A stretch of 64,000 bases of DNA, taken from Octopus sinensis. Its lineage: Eukaryota. The notes beneath the pieces are model-generated. The model was not told where the DNA came from. It saw nothing but the letters and a program-made list of their open reading frames with translations, and made no database searches. The stretch's first letter is position 1, and each line of letters starts with the position of its first letter. Of the stretch, positions 1 to 12,729 are shown piece after piece. A program made the translations under genes and the position numbers. The stretch lies in assembly GCF_006345805.1 (NCBI RefSeq), contig NC_043021.1, forward strand, positions 21,142,001-21,206,000, read 5' to 3'.

Positions 1-61
1 AAGAGAGGGAAGACTAATCAGTTGCCCGTATGTGACTTGTACTTTGTTTATCGACCCTGAA

Positions 62-108
62 TGAGCTTATGTGTGAGCTTATGTGTGAGCTTATTGTGTG
101 AGCTTATG
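62..108. repeat. Short tandem repeat, ~12-bp unit tgagcttatgtg x4
   Basis: Directly visible. Confidence 0.8.
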
Positions 109-467
109 AAAGTTGCAGAAAAGAGGTCTTGAAAAAAAAAATGTTTAGGCTCATCATGAGATGCATTTTCACTTTGCACCATGTTGTCCACCTTGTGAGA
201 CAATTGCAGGAGTCTCTACATTGCATTCTCTGGCCCAGAGAAAGTTTTAACAAGATCCTTTACTCTGTCATCTGGTGGGCTGCTAAGGAAATAAGAAGTA
301 GATGAATAGCTTGTGTGGGCTGTACCAACGGTGTACTGAGATGCTCTCAGCCAGTTGAGATAAAAAAAAAAATGGGTTCAATGATGAATTTTACAATGCA
401 TGAGTTTAAGATTGGCTGTTTGTTAGGTACTCCTGTATGCTGGAGGCCCTGTTCTTACAGCAGAATA

Positions 468-850
468 TTACTCTTTTACTCTTTTACATGTTTCAGTCAT
501 TTGACTGCAGCCATGCTGGAGCACCGCCTTTAGTCGAGCAAATCGACCCCGGGACTTATTCTATCAGTCTCTTTTGCCGAACCGCTAAGTGATGGGGACG
601 TAAACACACCAGCATCGGTTGTCAAGCAATGCTAGGGGTACAGACACACAAACACATACATACATATACAAATATATACATATATACGACAGGCTTCTTT
701 CAGTTTCCGTCTACCAAATCCACTCACAAGGCATTGGTCAGCCCGGGGCTATAGCAGAAGACACTTGCCCAAGATGCCACGGTGTGGGACTGAACCCAGA
801 ACCATGTGGCTGGTTAGCAAGCTACTTACCACACAGCCACTCCTGCGCCT
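468..850 (-). mobile_element. tRNA-derived CORE-like SINE, family A (octopus OK/OR-type)
   Basis: Minus strand starts AGGCGCAGGAGTGGCTGTGTGG (A box) ..GGTTCAGTCC (B box), then CORE-like TTGGGCAAGTG, an internal (TA/CA)n tract and a 3' tail ..ATGACTGAAACA(A/T)GTAAAAGAG. About 20 copies in the window. Confidence 0.9.
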
Positions 851-1160
851 AATATGCGGAGGATTTGGGGGTAAGATTTCAGACATGAAAACAGAGCTTG
901 GAATTAATGAGACTTCAAGTAAATTCTGTGGAGGCACATAATTTAGTGTTGCACTTGGGATCATAAGGTTGTGGTTCCAGTTTCTGGACCGGTCAACGTG
1001 TTGTGTCCTTGAGCAAAACACTTCATTCTACATTGCTCCAGTCCACTCAGCTGTAAATTAGTTCCAATTATAGCCAGGAAGTTAATCCTATTACGGACTG
1101 GTGTCTTGTTCAGGAGTGAGTGTTGTAATCTCAGTCATCTATATTCTTTCTATTATTTTA

Positions 1161-1537
1161 TTCTTTTACTTGTTTCAGTCATTTGACTGCGGCTATGCTG
1201 GAGCAGCGCCTTTAATTGAGCAACTCGACCCCGGGACTTATTCTTTTGTAAGCCCAGTACTTATTCTATTGGTCTCTTTTGCTGAACCGCTAAGTTACGG
1301 TGACGCAAACACACCAGCATCGGTTGTCAAGCAATGCTAGGGGGACAAACACAGACACACACACACATATATACGACGGGCTTCTTTCAGTTTCCGTCTA
1401 CTAAATCCACTCACAAGGCTTTGGTCGGCCCGAGGTTATAGTAGAAGACAGTTGCCCAAGGTGCCACGCAGTGGGACTGAACCCGGAACCATGTGGTTGG
1501 TAAACAAGCTACTTACCACACAGCCACTCATGCGCCT
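1161..1537 (-). mobile_element. SINE family A copy
   Basis: Near-identical to 468-850. Confidence 0.9.
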
Positions 1538-1818
1538 ATGATATGCCATGGAACCTAGATTAAGTCCTGACTTTATTAGTCATAGGCCTCATGAAAAAAA
1601 AAAAAAATCAAATTTAGCCAAGACTAATGTTATGCTAAGAAGAAAGATTGAATTCTGTGTCATTAGGGAATGACCATGCATGGTATGCAGGAGAGGGGTC
1701 GTTAGAATCTCCATACAGTGTTGTCAGTGTAAACAATGGATGCACAAGATTTGTAATGGAATCACCGGCAGGCTAATTACAAGAATATCTTTATTTGTGG
1801 CATACATACAATGACATT

Positions 1819-2206
1819 GTGGAGACGCAATGGCCCAGTGGTTAGGGCTGCAGACTCGCGGTCATAGGATTGCGGTTTCGATTCCCAGACCGGGCGTTGT
1901 GAGTGTTTATTGAGCGAAAACACCTAAAGCTCCACGAGGCTCCGGCAGGGGATGGTGGTGATCCCTGCTGTACTCTTTCACCACAACTTTCTCTCACTCT
2001 TACTTCCTGTTTCTGTTGTACCTGTATTTCAAAGGGCCGGCCTTGTCACTCTCTGTGTCACGCTGAATATCCCCGAGAACTACGTTAAGGGTACACGTGT
2101 CTGTGGAGTGCTCAGCCACTTACACGTTAATTTCACGAGCAGGCTGTTCCGTTGATTCGGATCAACCGGAACCCTCGTCGTCGTAACCGACGGAGTGCTT
2201 CCATCC
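1819..2206 (+). mobile_element. tRNA-derived SINE, family B, full length with TSD
   Basis: A box TGGCCCAGTGG, B box GTTTCGATTCC; 11-bp TSD acaatgacatt at 1808-1818 and 2207-2217. Confidence 0.92.
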
Positions 2207-2410
2207 ACAATGACATTAACCATAAACAACATCCAGGAAATAGATTCTCTCAACTAACCTGATGGCCTCTATAGAAGCAGTAAATAGTTTTTGTTATTTA
2301 GGTGATCTAATTAGTAGCAGGAGTGGGTGCTCTGAATGCATAATAGACCAGATCAGAGTACAAATGGGCAGGGTAAAGTTCAGGGAGCTACTACCTTTGC
2401 TGGCCACAAA

Positions 2411-2447
<37 letters not shown>

Positions 2448-3464
2448 ACCTTCGGCACTGTCTCATTTATGCACTCATCCACCTACCCACTTGTTGGTAT
2501 TAATTCTTGTAATGTGCTGGTGGGGGTGGGGCATAGTGCTGGATGCTTCCCCACCACTCAACCTGCTCCACTTTCTCATTTCATTATCCTCCTACACTTT
2601 CTGTCTCTCACTTTCTCATTTCATTATCCTCCTACACTGGCCCATCCCATTTCCCTTGCCTCTTCAATTACTCCTTGCCCCACCCAAATACCTGCCATCT
2701 CTGTTTCATTTTTTTCACAACTACCCTTCCACAAAAATGAGTATTCTTATCATCATACTTCAACACTTCTTGACACCTTGCCCTAAAGTCTTCACTCTCC
2801 TATTCTCACTATCAGTTGTAGGGGCCCTAGAAAAAAATGGGGGTCAGTCTACATTATAAAGTAGTTACTAAATCAAGCAGAGACAATGCAGAGATGAGTC
2901 TTGTGAAGGGTTATGTGCTGGGGCTAAGAAAAAATGCACCCAGTGCACTCTGTCAGCATGGACTGCAGTTGATCTGAGGTTTCTGTGAGGAGCTTGATGT
3001 GACCTATGAACTGGAGCTGCATTTCTAGCTCACTGTTGGTTTTGACGACACCTTACCATGCATATGGCATAGATATATATTTGTTGTGTATAGAATGGAT
3101 TATAATTCAAGTTACATCCTCATGAAGCAAATCTGTATATTCTTGCTATCAGTTGTATGCATGTAGATGTTTTATTTTAAATGAAAATCATACATAAAAA
3201 TTGTCAAGTACATTATTCACAGAGTCTGTATGTACTAAACAAATACAGTATCATTTGGTGTTGAGGGGCTAAAGTATGGTCAACAAACAAGTACAACATG
3301 TCTTGCTTTAGAGGAGATACATGGCTATCCTGCATTATATAAGGGTGGGTGGAATTTGCTAGAAAGAAAGTAGAGATGGTGGTGGTGGGATGCTTGATTG
3401 TCTCAAGATGCAAGAAAGTATGTATAAACCTCTTCTGTATCTATTTTATAAACTAGGAACACTA

Positions 3465-3925
3465 TACTCTTTTACTTGTTTCAGTCATTTGACTGCGGCC
3501 ATGCTGGAGCACCGCCTTTAATCGAGCAACTTGACCCCGGGACTTATTCTTTTGTAAGCCCAGTACTTATTCTATCGATCTCTTTTGCCGAACCGCTAAG
3601 TAACGGGGACATAAACACACCAGCATCGGTTGTCAAGCAATGCTAGGGGGACAAACACTGACACACAAACACACACATGCATATATATATATATATATAC
3701 ATATATACGACAGGCTTCTTTCAGTTTCCGTCTACCAAATCCACTCACAAGGCTTTGGTCGGCCTGAGGCTATGGTAGAATATGGGTACAGGACACCAAA
3801 AAAACGTTGAACACAATGAGAAACGAAAACATAAACACATATAGTAGAATAAGTACCAAGGTGCCACGCAGTGGGACTGAACCCGGAACCATGTGGTTGG
3901 TAAACAAGCTACTTACCACACAGCT
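3465..3925 (-). mobile_element. SINE family A copy carrying a small internal insertion
   Basis: Family A sequence interrupted at ~3783-3839. Confidence 0.85.
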
Positions 3926-3949
3926 ACTTTTTTTCTGCACATTGAACAC

Positions 3950-4745
3950 AGCTATTTCCTTGATGGTAGAAAACTTTTTTTTAGTTGTTAAGTTTACTTT
4001 GAGACCCTTCACTTCCATGTTTTACTTGCATGCATGGAATTTCTTCCCCAAATACATCAAAGATTCTGTTACAGGAATAAGATCAGTAGCAGAGCTAGTC
4101 TTAAGCTTCTCTGTTATGTCTCTCTTTTTTTCTCTTTTTTACTTGTTTCAGTCATTTGACTGCGGCTATGCTGGAGCACCGCCTTTTAGTCGAGCAAATT
4201 GACCCCCGGGACTTATTCTTTGTAAGCCCAGTACTTATTCTATCGGTCTCTTTTGCTGAACCGCTAAGTGACGGAGACGTAAACACACCAGCATCGGTTG
4301 TCATGCAATGCTAGAGGGACAAACACAGATACACAAACATGTACACACACATACATACATATACATATACATATATACGACAGGCTTCTTTCAGTTTCCG
4401 TCTACCAAATCCACTCACAAGGCTTTGGTCGGCCCGAGGCTATAGCAGAAGACACTTGCCCAAGGTGCCACGCAGTGGGACTGAACCCGGAACCATGTGG
4501 TTGGTTAGCAAGCTACTTACCATACAGCCACTCCTGCGCCTGGTTGGAGAATTATAATAAATAGGTTGAGGGCTGAGACTAAATTCATTGTTGACCTTCA
4601 CCTTGTTGACAACGCATCTGCACATAGCTTCTAAGATCTCTTCAAGCCATTCATATCCACCTAATTTTGTCAGAAGCCGCCCTATTACAGAATTAGAGTT
4701 GTTGTCAAAAGCCTTCTGCAAGTTCACTGATGCTAAGAACAGGAC
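3950..4745 (-). mobile_element. RTE LINE reverse-transcriptase remnant, split by a SINE A copy
   Basis: NLQKAFD..GGYEWLEEILEAMCRCVVNKVKVNNEFS (ORF 4440-4727) and KKFHACK*NMEVKGLKVNLTTKK (~3985-4050) resemble RTE RT motifs DLEKAFD and KGLKVN. Confidence 0.7.
4135..4541 (-). mobile_element. SINE family A copy
   Basis: Full length. Confidence 0.9.
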
Positions 4746-4979
4746 TTATTCTAAGATAATTATATATTTTATTTAAATGAGTTCAGCTTAGCATGTTCAT
4801 GGCCCCCCAGTACGACCTTTGCAGACCACAGGTTGGGAAGCACTGGTGTAGAATGTTGTAAATGTTTCCCATATCAAAGTTTGATCTGCTAAAAAAGTTA
4901 TTTTATAGTTCACGGTTAGCAACTAAGGCTGCTAATTTTACCTGCTCCATCCCCTAAATTTGGATATATACGTACATAC

Positions 4980-5150
4980 ATCATCATCGTTTAACGTCCG
5001 TTTTCCGCGCTAGCACGGGTTGGACGGTTCGACCGGGGTCTGGGAAGCCAGGGGCTGCTCCAGGCTCCAGTCTGATCTGGCAGAGTTTCTACGGCTGGAT
5101 GCCCTTCCTAATGCCAACCACTCCGCGAGTGTAGTGGGTGCTTTTTACGT
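4980..5150 (-). mobile_element. Family C repeat: RTE 3'-UTR-derived element ending in (GAT)n
   Basis: Core GGTTGGC.TTAGGAAGGGCATCCAGC.GTAGAAA and tail GGACGTTAAACGATGATG. Other copies at ~14300-14570, 14700-14900, 15262-15515, 20472-20698, 20850-21070, 27131-27385, 29390-29790, 31637-31780, 40640-40930, 44428-44810, 48840-49290, 50140-50320. Confidence 0.8.
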
Positions 5151-6082
5151 TATATATATATATATATAAATTCTTTCTGTCACACTCATTTTGCACTTTT
5201 GCAAACTTACCTACCTACCCACCTATCCTTATTCTCTCTCTCATATTCACTTTTTACATCGAAGGTACACCACCATCTCTCTCTCTCTTTCCAGTAGGGA
5301 AGGCCATGTATCTCTATTGCAAGAGGAGATACATTAATCCTGTCTCTCTTTCATACATTTATATCTTTTAGTATTATGCCCCACTCCTTGGGTATAGTAC
5401 TCACTCACTCACTCACTCACTCATGCTGGAACACTGCCCTTGAAGGGTTTTATCAGTTAAAAGGACCCCAGTGATATTTGAAGTGTGGCACTTCTTTTAT
5501 CAGTTCTTTTGCTGAACTGTTAAGTTACAAAGGCATAAACAAATCAACCCTGGTTGTCAAGTTCTGTCAATCACAAAGACATACACACACAAAAACGTAC
5601 ATACATACATATATATATATATACACACACACACACATACAGGTGAAGGCATGGGTGTACAGTTAAAAAGTTTGCTTCACAACCACATGCTTTTGGTTTC
5701 AGTTCCCCCTGAGTGGTACCTTGGGAATGCATCTCCTACTATTGCTCCAGGCTGGCCAATGTGTTGTGAGTGAATTTGGTGAATGGAAACTGAAGTAAGC
5801 CCATTGAATACACACATACATTTCTATATATCTGTGTGTATGTGAATGTACAGGCATGTGCATGTTTTGCTTATCATCATTTGAGCAAAGTAGTACTGAT
5901 ATTGGCATGACCAGTTTGCTCTGTATTTTTGAAAACTTGTGGAATATAAAATATATATACATATCATCATCATCATTTAGCATTCATGGTTCATGCTGGC
6001 TGGGTTGGACAGTTCGACAGGATCCAAGGACAGCACTGTATTTCTGTGTCTGCTTTGGCATGGTTTCTGTGGATAGATGTCC

Positions 6083-6556
6083 ATCCTGATGCCAGGTGCC
6101 CTTCCTGATGCCAGGCACCCTTCCTGATGCCAGGTGCTCTTCCTGATGCCAGGCGCCCTTCCTGATGCCAGGCGCTCTTCCTGATGCCAGGCGCTCTTCC
6201 TGATGCCAGGCGCTCTTCCTGATGCCAGGTGCCCTTCCTGATGCCAGGCGCCCTTCCTGATGCCAGGCGCCCTTCCTTATGCCAGGCGCCCTTCCTGATG
6301 CCAGACGCCCTTCCTGATGCCAGGCGCCCTTCCTGATGCCAGGCGCTCTTCCTGATGCCAGGCGCCCTTCCTGACTCCAGGCGCCTGACGCCAGGTGCCC
6401 TTCCTGATTCCAGGCGTCCTTCCTGACTCCAGGCATCCTTCTGATGCCAGGTGCCCTTCCTGACATTAAGTGCCTTTCCTGACTCCAGGCACCCTTCTTG
6501 ACGCCAGGCACCCTTGCTGATGCCAGGTGCCCTTCCTGACGCCAGGCGCCCTTCCT
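6083..6556. repeat. GC-rich minisatellite, 19-bp unit cttcctgatgccaggcgcc, ~25 copies
   Basis: Directly visible; the 19-aa periodicity of ORF 5984-6610 equals 3 x 19 nt. Confidence 0.95.
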
Positions 6557-6779
6557 ATGTATCCATTTTCTGAAAAGCAGGTAAGAATTGGTAACTGGAA
6601 AGAAGTTCAATCAGTAAAACATTTTCAAAATCAATTTCTGTCTAAGCTATGGAAAAACAGATGTCAAATGAACAATCTGATGTATATCATGCACATGCAC
6701 ACATGAGGGTTTTACTGAATGTAATGCATAAGTGGGCTTCATTGTCTTTATCATCTGACATCATTCAAACTGCTTGTGC

Positions 6780-7330
6780 TGGTAGAGAAACTTTTCCTCT
6801 ATACAAAGTCTACTTCCAAAGCAATGAATTTGTGCATTTGTGCATTTGTTGAACCCAACTCTCAAAACCTCTTTGAAGAAAATCCAGGTGTGCCCTGTTG
6901 TACTCACTTCTTCGCTGTTATTTTCACCCCATCTACCATCATGTCATTGACCCTGAAAATTTTTCCTTCACTGGCCTGAATAGGTAAATCCCAGAGGGCA
7001 CCAGATTTTGTCTGTATGGTATATGGGGGTGGGATGGGGGATTGGGACTACCCATGCCCCATTTGCTAATTGCCTGGTTTGTTGCCAAGATGCGTGTAGC
7101 CACACATTGCCTTGGGTGAATGTGGGTCAGTTTCAGATTAGTTTCTTCCTTCCTCCTTATGGCTTCTCTAAGTTTTCTAAATGCTTCATTGTACCTCTCT
7201 CTGTTCATGGTACAACTGGTTGGTTGGCATCCTTTTTGTCTCGGGAGACAATGGAGTTGCGCATAAAGTAGTCTAGTCCGGCTTTTACATTTCATGTCCT
7301 GAAACATTTCCTGCTGTGGCTGTGTAGTCC
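6780..7330 (-). mobile_element. Decayed mariner (Tc1/mariner) transposase C-terminal remnant
   Basis: TMNRERYNEAFRKLREAIRRK..ATNQAISKWG..HPHIPYRQNLVPSGIYLFRPVKEKF resembles the mariner TINSE.Y...L..LR.AIRRK and HPPYSPDLAPSD.LF motifs. Confidence 0.7.
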
Positions 7331-7382
7331 TATCAAAGTGTCCTCTCCAGTTTTGCACAGGCCTGGGCTAGAGATAATAAAG

Positions 7383-7635
7383 TCCTGGGTAGCCCAATCA
7401 TCAGGTTTTCTCTCTCGACCTTGCTGATGTAGTCCAAAGGAGTGCAGTGCATTACGTTTGGCACCAGCTTGGTTGCGGGAGCTGCCGGAAGAGTGTCGAG
7501 TCGAACACTAGACCGCCTTCGGGGCTCCACTCCGGATTTCTTTGAAGGTTGTCTCCTTTCCGTAACCCTAGATAGGGGCCCATACCGGGTACTGTCAGCC
7601 GGAGCCAGCTGAGCCCAGAACTCGTGTCATGGTAC
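7383..7635 (-). mobile_element. GC-rich repeat resembling an RTE/BovB-type 5' untranslated segment
   Basis: Motif AAATCCGGAGTGGAG..CAAGCTGGTGCCAAACGTA..CCTTTGGAC.ACATCAGC recalled from RTE-related elements; not verified by search. Confidence 0.4.
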
Positions 7636-7899
7636 AACTACATCCCAGAAAACCATAGAGAATGATGCCCTTGTCACAAGGACTTTCTGTGCTAATTGCT
7701 TGCCTGCATATCACCGTCATGCAAATAGTGGTGGTTGTGTCCAATCATCGTCATCAGCGTTTAACATCCTCCTTCCATGCTGGCATGGGTGAGACAATGT
7801 CTGGCTATAAGGAGAAGACACTTTGCTTGGAAACCAATGAGGCTTGGAGATAGGAAAGGCATGCAGCCATAGAAGATATCTGCTTCAGCAAATTCTGAC

Positions 7900-7938
<39 letters not shown>

Positions 7939-7947
7939 CACAGACAC

Positions 7948-9409
7948 ATGCAACATAAAAGTACATATAGCTACATGTGTACATACACACAACATATGTA
8001 TGTAATATATAAATATATATATATGCACCAGCATGTATATAATACATGCATAAACACACATCATCATACAACACACACATACATATATATATATATTTAT
8101 ATACACACAGCATATATGCATACATATATACATACATAGAATATATACGTATATTACATACATACTTAGAATATATATGTGTATTACATACATACATACA
8201 TACATACAATATATATGTGTATTACATACATATATATATATGTAATACACATATATATTGTATGTATGTGTGTATGTATGTAATACACATATATATTGTA
8301 TGTATGTATGTATGTAATACACATATATATTGTATGTATGTGTGTATGTATGTAATACACATATATATTGTATGTATGTATGTATGTAATACACATATAT
8401 ATTGTATGTATGTATGTATGTAATACACATATATATTGTATGTATGTATGTATGTATGTAATACACGTATATATTGTATGTATGTATGTATGTATGTAAT
8501 ACACATATATATTGTATGTATGTATGTATGTAATACACATATATATTGTATGTATGTATGTATGTATGTAATACACATATATATTGTATGTATGTATGTA
8601 TGTATGTAATACACGTATATATTGTATGTATGTATGTAATACACATATATATTGTATGTATGTGTGTATGTATGTAATACACATATATATATTGTATGTA
8701 TGTATGTATGTATGTAATACACATATATATATTGTATGTATGTATGTATGTATGTAATACACATATATATTGTATGTATGTATGTATGTAATACACGTAT
8801 ATATTGTATGTATGTATGTATGTAATACACGTATATATTGTATGTATGTATGTATGTAATACACATATATATTGTATGTATGTATGTATGTATGTAATAC
8901 ACATATATATTGTATGTATGTATGTAATACACGTATATATTGTATGTATGTATGTAATACACGTATATATTGTATGTATGTATGTATGTATGTAATACAC
9001 ATATATATTGTATGTATGTATATATGCAATACACATATATATTGTATGTATGTATGTATGCAATACACATATATATTGTATGTATGTATGTATGCAATAC
9101 ACATATATATTGTATGTATGTATGTATGCAATACACATATATATTGTATGTATGTATGTATGCAATACACATATATTGTATGTATGTATGTATATATGTA
9201 ATACACATATATATTGTATGTATGTATGTATGTAATAGACATATATATTGTATGTATGTATGTATGTAATAGACATATATATTGTATGTATGTATGTAAT
9301 ACACACATATATTATATGTATGTATGTAATACACACATATATTGTATGTATGTAATATACGTATATATTCTATGTATGTATATATGTATGCATATATGCT
9401 GTGTGTGTA

Positions 9410-9458
<49 letters not shown>

Positions 9459-9577
9459 TGTATGATGATGTGTGTTTATGCATGTATTATATACATGCTG
9501 GTGCATATATATATATTTATATATTACATACATGTTGTGTGTATGTGCACATGTAGCTATATGTACTTTTATGTTGC
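7948..9577. repeat. Fold-back inverted repeat enclosing a ~32-40-bp tandem satellite (gtaatacacatatatatt(gtat)n)
   Basis: 7948-8230 is the reverse complement of ~9290-9577; 8240-9350 is a tandem array. Confidence 0.9.
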
Positions 9578-10260
9578 GTGTGTGTGTATATATATATGTT
9601 TATATATATATACATACATACACGTATGTGTATGTGTATATATATATATGTGTGAGTGTGTGTATGTACACATGTATATGTATGTGTAAGTGTGCATACA
9701 TACATATGTCTAACACCTATGGTTTCCTTTGGATATCATTCCACCAACACCACCATCACAGTTCACATACACACGAACGCCAACAAAATATAATCTTTAT
9801 TGTCAGTGCATATGTCCTCATACAGACACGCACACACTGACACAGTAATTCATAGACACACACTCGCTTTCTATATCTCCTCTCTCTCATGCATATATAT
9901 AAGATGTAGGAACCACCTGCTTCTGTTTCTCCTAAGCATATTTAGCCCGAGGTCAGACCTGGTTGAGCAGACATTTGATGAAGCACATTCCAACATTTCT
10001 GTTTGTTTAGAAGTATAATGCTGTCTAAATTATCTAATCTGTCCTTTGATGCAGTTATTTCAGAAAAATTTGGCTCCTATATCTAGCATGTTGAGTTGAG
10101 CTGCTGTAGGTGCAGGGTGGGTGTGTAGATAAAAAGCTTGCTTCCCAACCATGTGGTCTTGGGTTCAGTCCCACTGTCCAGTACCTTGGGCAAGGGTTAG
10201 GGTTGATTTCATTGTGGATTTCATAGATGGAAACTGAAAAAACTGTTGGGTGTGTATGTA

Positions 10261-10311
<51 letters not shown>

Positions 10312-10379
10312 TAAAATGTGTGTGTGTGTGTTTTTGTCACCACCCCAACTTGACAATTAGTGTTGGTTTATGTCCCTGT

Positions 10380-10636
10380 GTGGAGGTGTGTGGCTTAGTG
10401 GTTAGGTGTAAGTATCATGATCGTAAGATTGTGTTTTCGATTCCTGGACTGGGTGACGCATTGTGTTCTTGAGCAAAACACTTCATTTCACATTGCTCCA
10501 GTTCACTCAGCTGGCAAAAATGAGTAACGCTGTGATGGACTGGCATCCTGTCCACCTGGGGAACACATACGCCATAGAATCTGGGAAACCGGGCCCATGA
10601 GCCTGGCTAGGCTTTAAAAGGGTGCATTTATTTTAC
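10380..10636 (+). mobile_element. tRNA-derived CORE-like SINE, family F, nested in a family A copy (~10108-10808)
   Basis: A box TGGCTTAGTGG, B box TTTTCGATTCC, CORE-like TTGAGCAAAACACTT; TSD ttatgtc(c/t)ctgt at 10368-10379 and 10637-10648. Decayed relatives at ~930-1160 and ~63080-63170. Confidence 0.8.
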
Positions 10637-11291
10637 TTATGTCTCTGTAGCTTAGCAGTTTGGCAAAAAAAGTTCCATAATAGAATAAGTTCTGGGTTAA
10701 AAAAGCAATTAAATACTGGCTTCATTTGTGCCATTTAACCTTTTGAGCAGTGCCCCAGCCTAGCCACAGTCCAATGACTGAAACAAGTAAAAGAGAAAAT
10801 AAAAGATAAAATTTAGCTTTTGGGTTGTCCCAAGTCTTGTGAGATAGGGTAAATGGAAACAGTTGTGAGGCCTGTCAGATAATTAAAAGCCTTTAATTTA
10901 AAGGCCCAGTCTGGTCATATATCAAATCTACTTGAGATAATGATTATATTAAGAATACACACCTTAGGAATACTCAGCCATTTATTTTTGTATAAGGTGT
11001 AAGGAGCTACCGACATAGAGGATGATGTTATTTATCATCATTGTTTTAATGTTCACCTTTCCGTGCTTGCACGGATGGAATTTGTTCAGGTAGATTATCT
11101 ATAGCTGGATGCTTTTCCTGTTGCCAATCCTCACCTGTTTCTGAGTAACCTAATACTTCGCCATGACTAGACACGTTTCCACAGAATATTAGAAATGGAC
11201 ACCAATTGCATGACCATGATACACATTTACAACCATCATACAATGTCAAGGCAAGGAGACAGTAATAAACACACATACACATCCATCTTTC

Positions 11292-11329
<38 letters not shown>

Positions 11330-11342
11330 AATATGACAGGCT

Positions 11343-11690
11343 TCTGCCGCTACGTTCTGAGTTCAAATTCCGCTGAGGTCGACTTTGCTTTCATCCTTTC
11401 GGGGTCGATTAAATAAGTACCAGTTACGCACTGGAGTTGATATAATCGACTTAATCCATTTGTCTGTCCTTGTTTGTCCTCTCTGTGTTTAGCCCCTTGT
11501 GGATAGTAAAAAAATAGGTATTTTGTCTGCTGTTATGTTCTGAGTTCAAATTCCACCGAGGTCAACTTTGCTTCCATCCTTTCAGGGTCGATTAAATAAG
11601 TACCAGTTATGCACTGGGGTTGATATAATCGACTTAATCCGTTTGTCCTCTCTGTGTTTAGCCCCTTGTGGATAGTGAAAAAATAGGTAC
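11343..11690 (+). mobile_element. SINE family D, head-to-tail partial dimer
   Basis: Two units containing GAGTTCAAATTCC..GAGGTC.ACTTTGC..CATCCTTTC.GGGTCGAT and ending AAATAGG. Confidence 0.85.
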
Positions 11691-12518
11691 CGTGCAGTGA
11701 AACCGAACTCAGAACCATGTAGTAGAAGCAAACTTCTTAAGCAGACAGCAACCCTTCTGCCTATATGATAATAATCATGACAATAGTAGTAAGGTGTTGT
11801 CTTAACAAAGGCTTGAAAACAGGAGATGGTTTCAGGGGAGATAAAAAGTTTAGCTGCTGTGTTGTAACATTCTGTTCGTTGATAGAATACAAGCTGAACA
11901 CTGGGTCGATGAATTGACTAATCTTTACTCTTAAATTTCCTGGCATTGTGTCAAATTTGAAAGAATTATGTATCTTAGCATTATGGCAATGCAGTCGAAG
12001 ATGTGTATTTCTCTGTGTATAACAAGAGAAACAGTAAAAATTAATGTTTTTATTCTTCATAATCTTCCTTTAATAACTGTAATAATTACGATTTCTTTTA
12101 TTGGCTACAAGAGCTTAAGACGTTGAGGACTTTTGTCAAAGATGAAATACAGCATATTAAAAGTTGGGGTTTACGTCAATCAAAAGGGAAAACAACAACA
12201 GCCAGGATATAACAAAAGAAATAAAAATAGAATTCAGAAAAATAAATACAATGCTGGAACAGTACTCTTTTTAATTTGCTACAAGGAAATAATTATTATT
12301 GTTATTTCTACTTGGGTTTAGTCTTTCATTCAATAAAATGCACACAAAGGTGCTACAAATATGAGTGGATAAATACAACAAAGTTATATAAAATAGAAGA
12401 TGAAAGAAATGGTACAAGAGCATAAATTTGTGGGAGAGTGTATAAATCGAAATCCCACGAATGACCGTTACTTATTATAGCTATTCTAAGAAAGAGCAAC
12501 CAAATATCCCTCAAATGA

Positions 12519-12669
12519 CGTGGCTGTGTGGTAAAAAAGGTTGCTTCCCAACTATATGGTTCCAGGTTCCATCCCACTCTGTGGCACCTTGGGCTAATGA
12601 CTTCTACTGTAGCCTTGGACTGATCAAAGCCTTGTGAGTGAATTTTGTAGACAGAAACAGAAAGCCCAT

Positions 12670-12729
<60 letters not shown>

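Larger units (their letters stand above)
180..2412 (+). mobile_element. Decayed RTE-clade LINE ORF remnant, fragmented by nested SINEs
   Basis: Manual translation gives colinear RTE-like pieces: LVRQLQE..LYIAF..EVDE*LVWAV (~190-340), EDLGVRFQT*KQSLE (~858-903), Cys-rich CMVCRRGVVRISIQCCQCKQWMHKICNGITGRL (~1677-1775) and FCYLGDLISSRSGCSE..KFRELLPLLATK (ORF 2262). Many stops and frameshifts. Confidence 0.7.

Noticed and set aside
619-852. Recurrent ORFs MSSNARGT..YDRLLSVSVYQIHSQG and MVVIPAVLFHHN..
   Set aside because: Incidental frames within multi-copy SINE families A and B.
1819-1895. tRNA-gene-like A/B box segments
   Set aside because: They are SINE heads continuing into SINE bodies with TSDs, with no complete cloverleaf.
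5984-6610. 208-aa repetitive ORF, or a CRISPR-like array
   Set aside because: Pure 19-bp tandem repeat with no unique spacers, in a eukaryotic context.
7805-9465. Long 370-483 aa ORFs rich in Y/I/H/T/C/V/M
   Set aside because: Translations of a stop-poor satellite; the same applies to ORFs at 22.4-24.3 kb and 32.1-32.9 kb.
11761-12060. Possible host exon (99-aa minus ORF with polypyrimidine-CAG)
   Set aside because: No recognisable protein; the end (YSINEQN..FKPLLRQHL then an ATT-rich tail) looks like a decayed LINE C-terminus.
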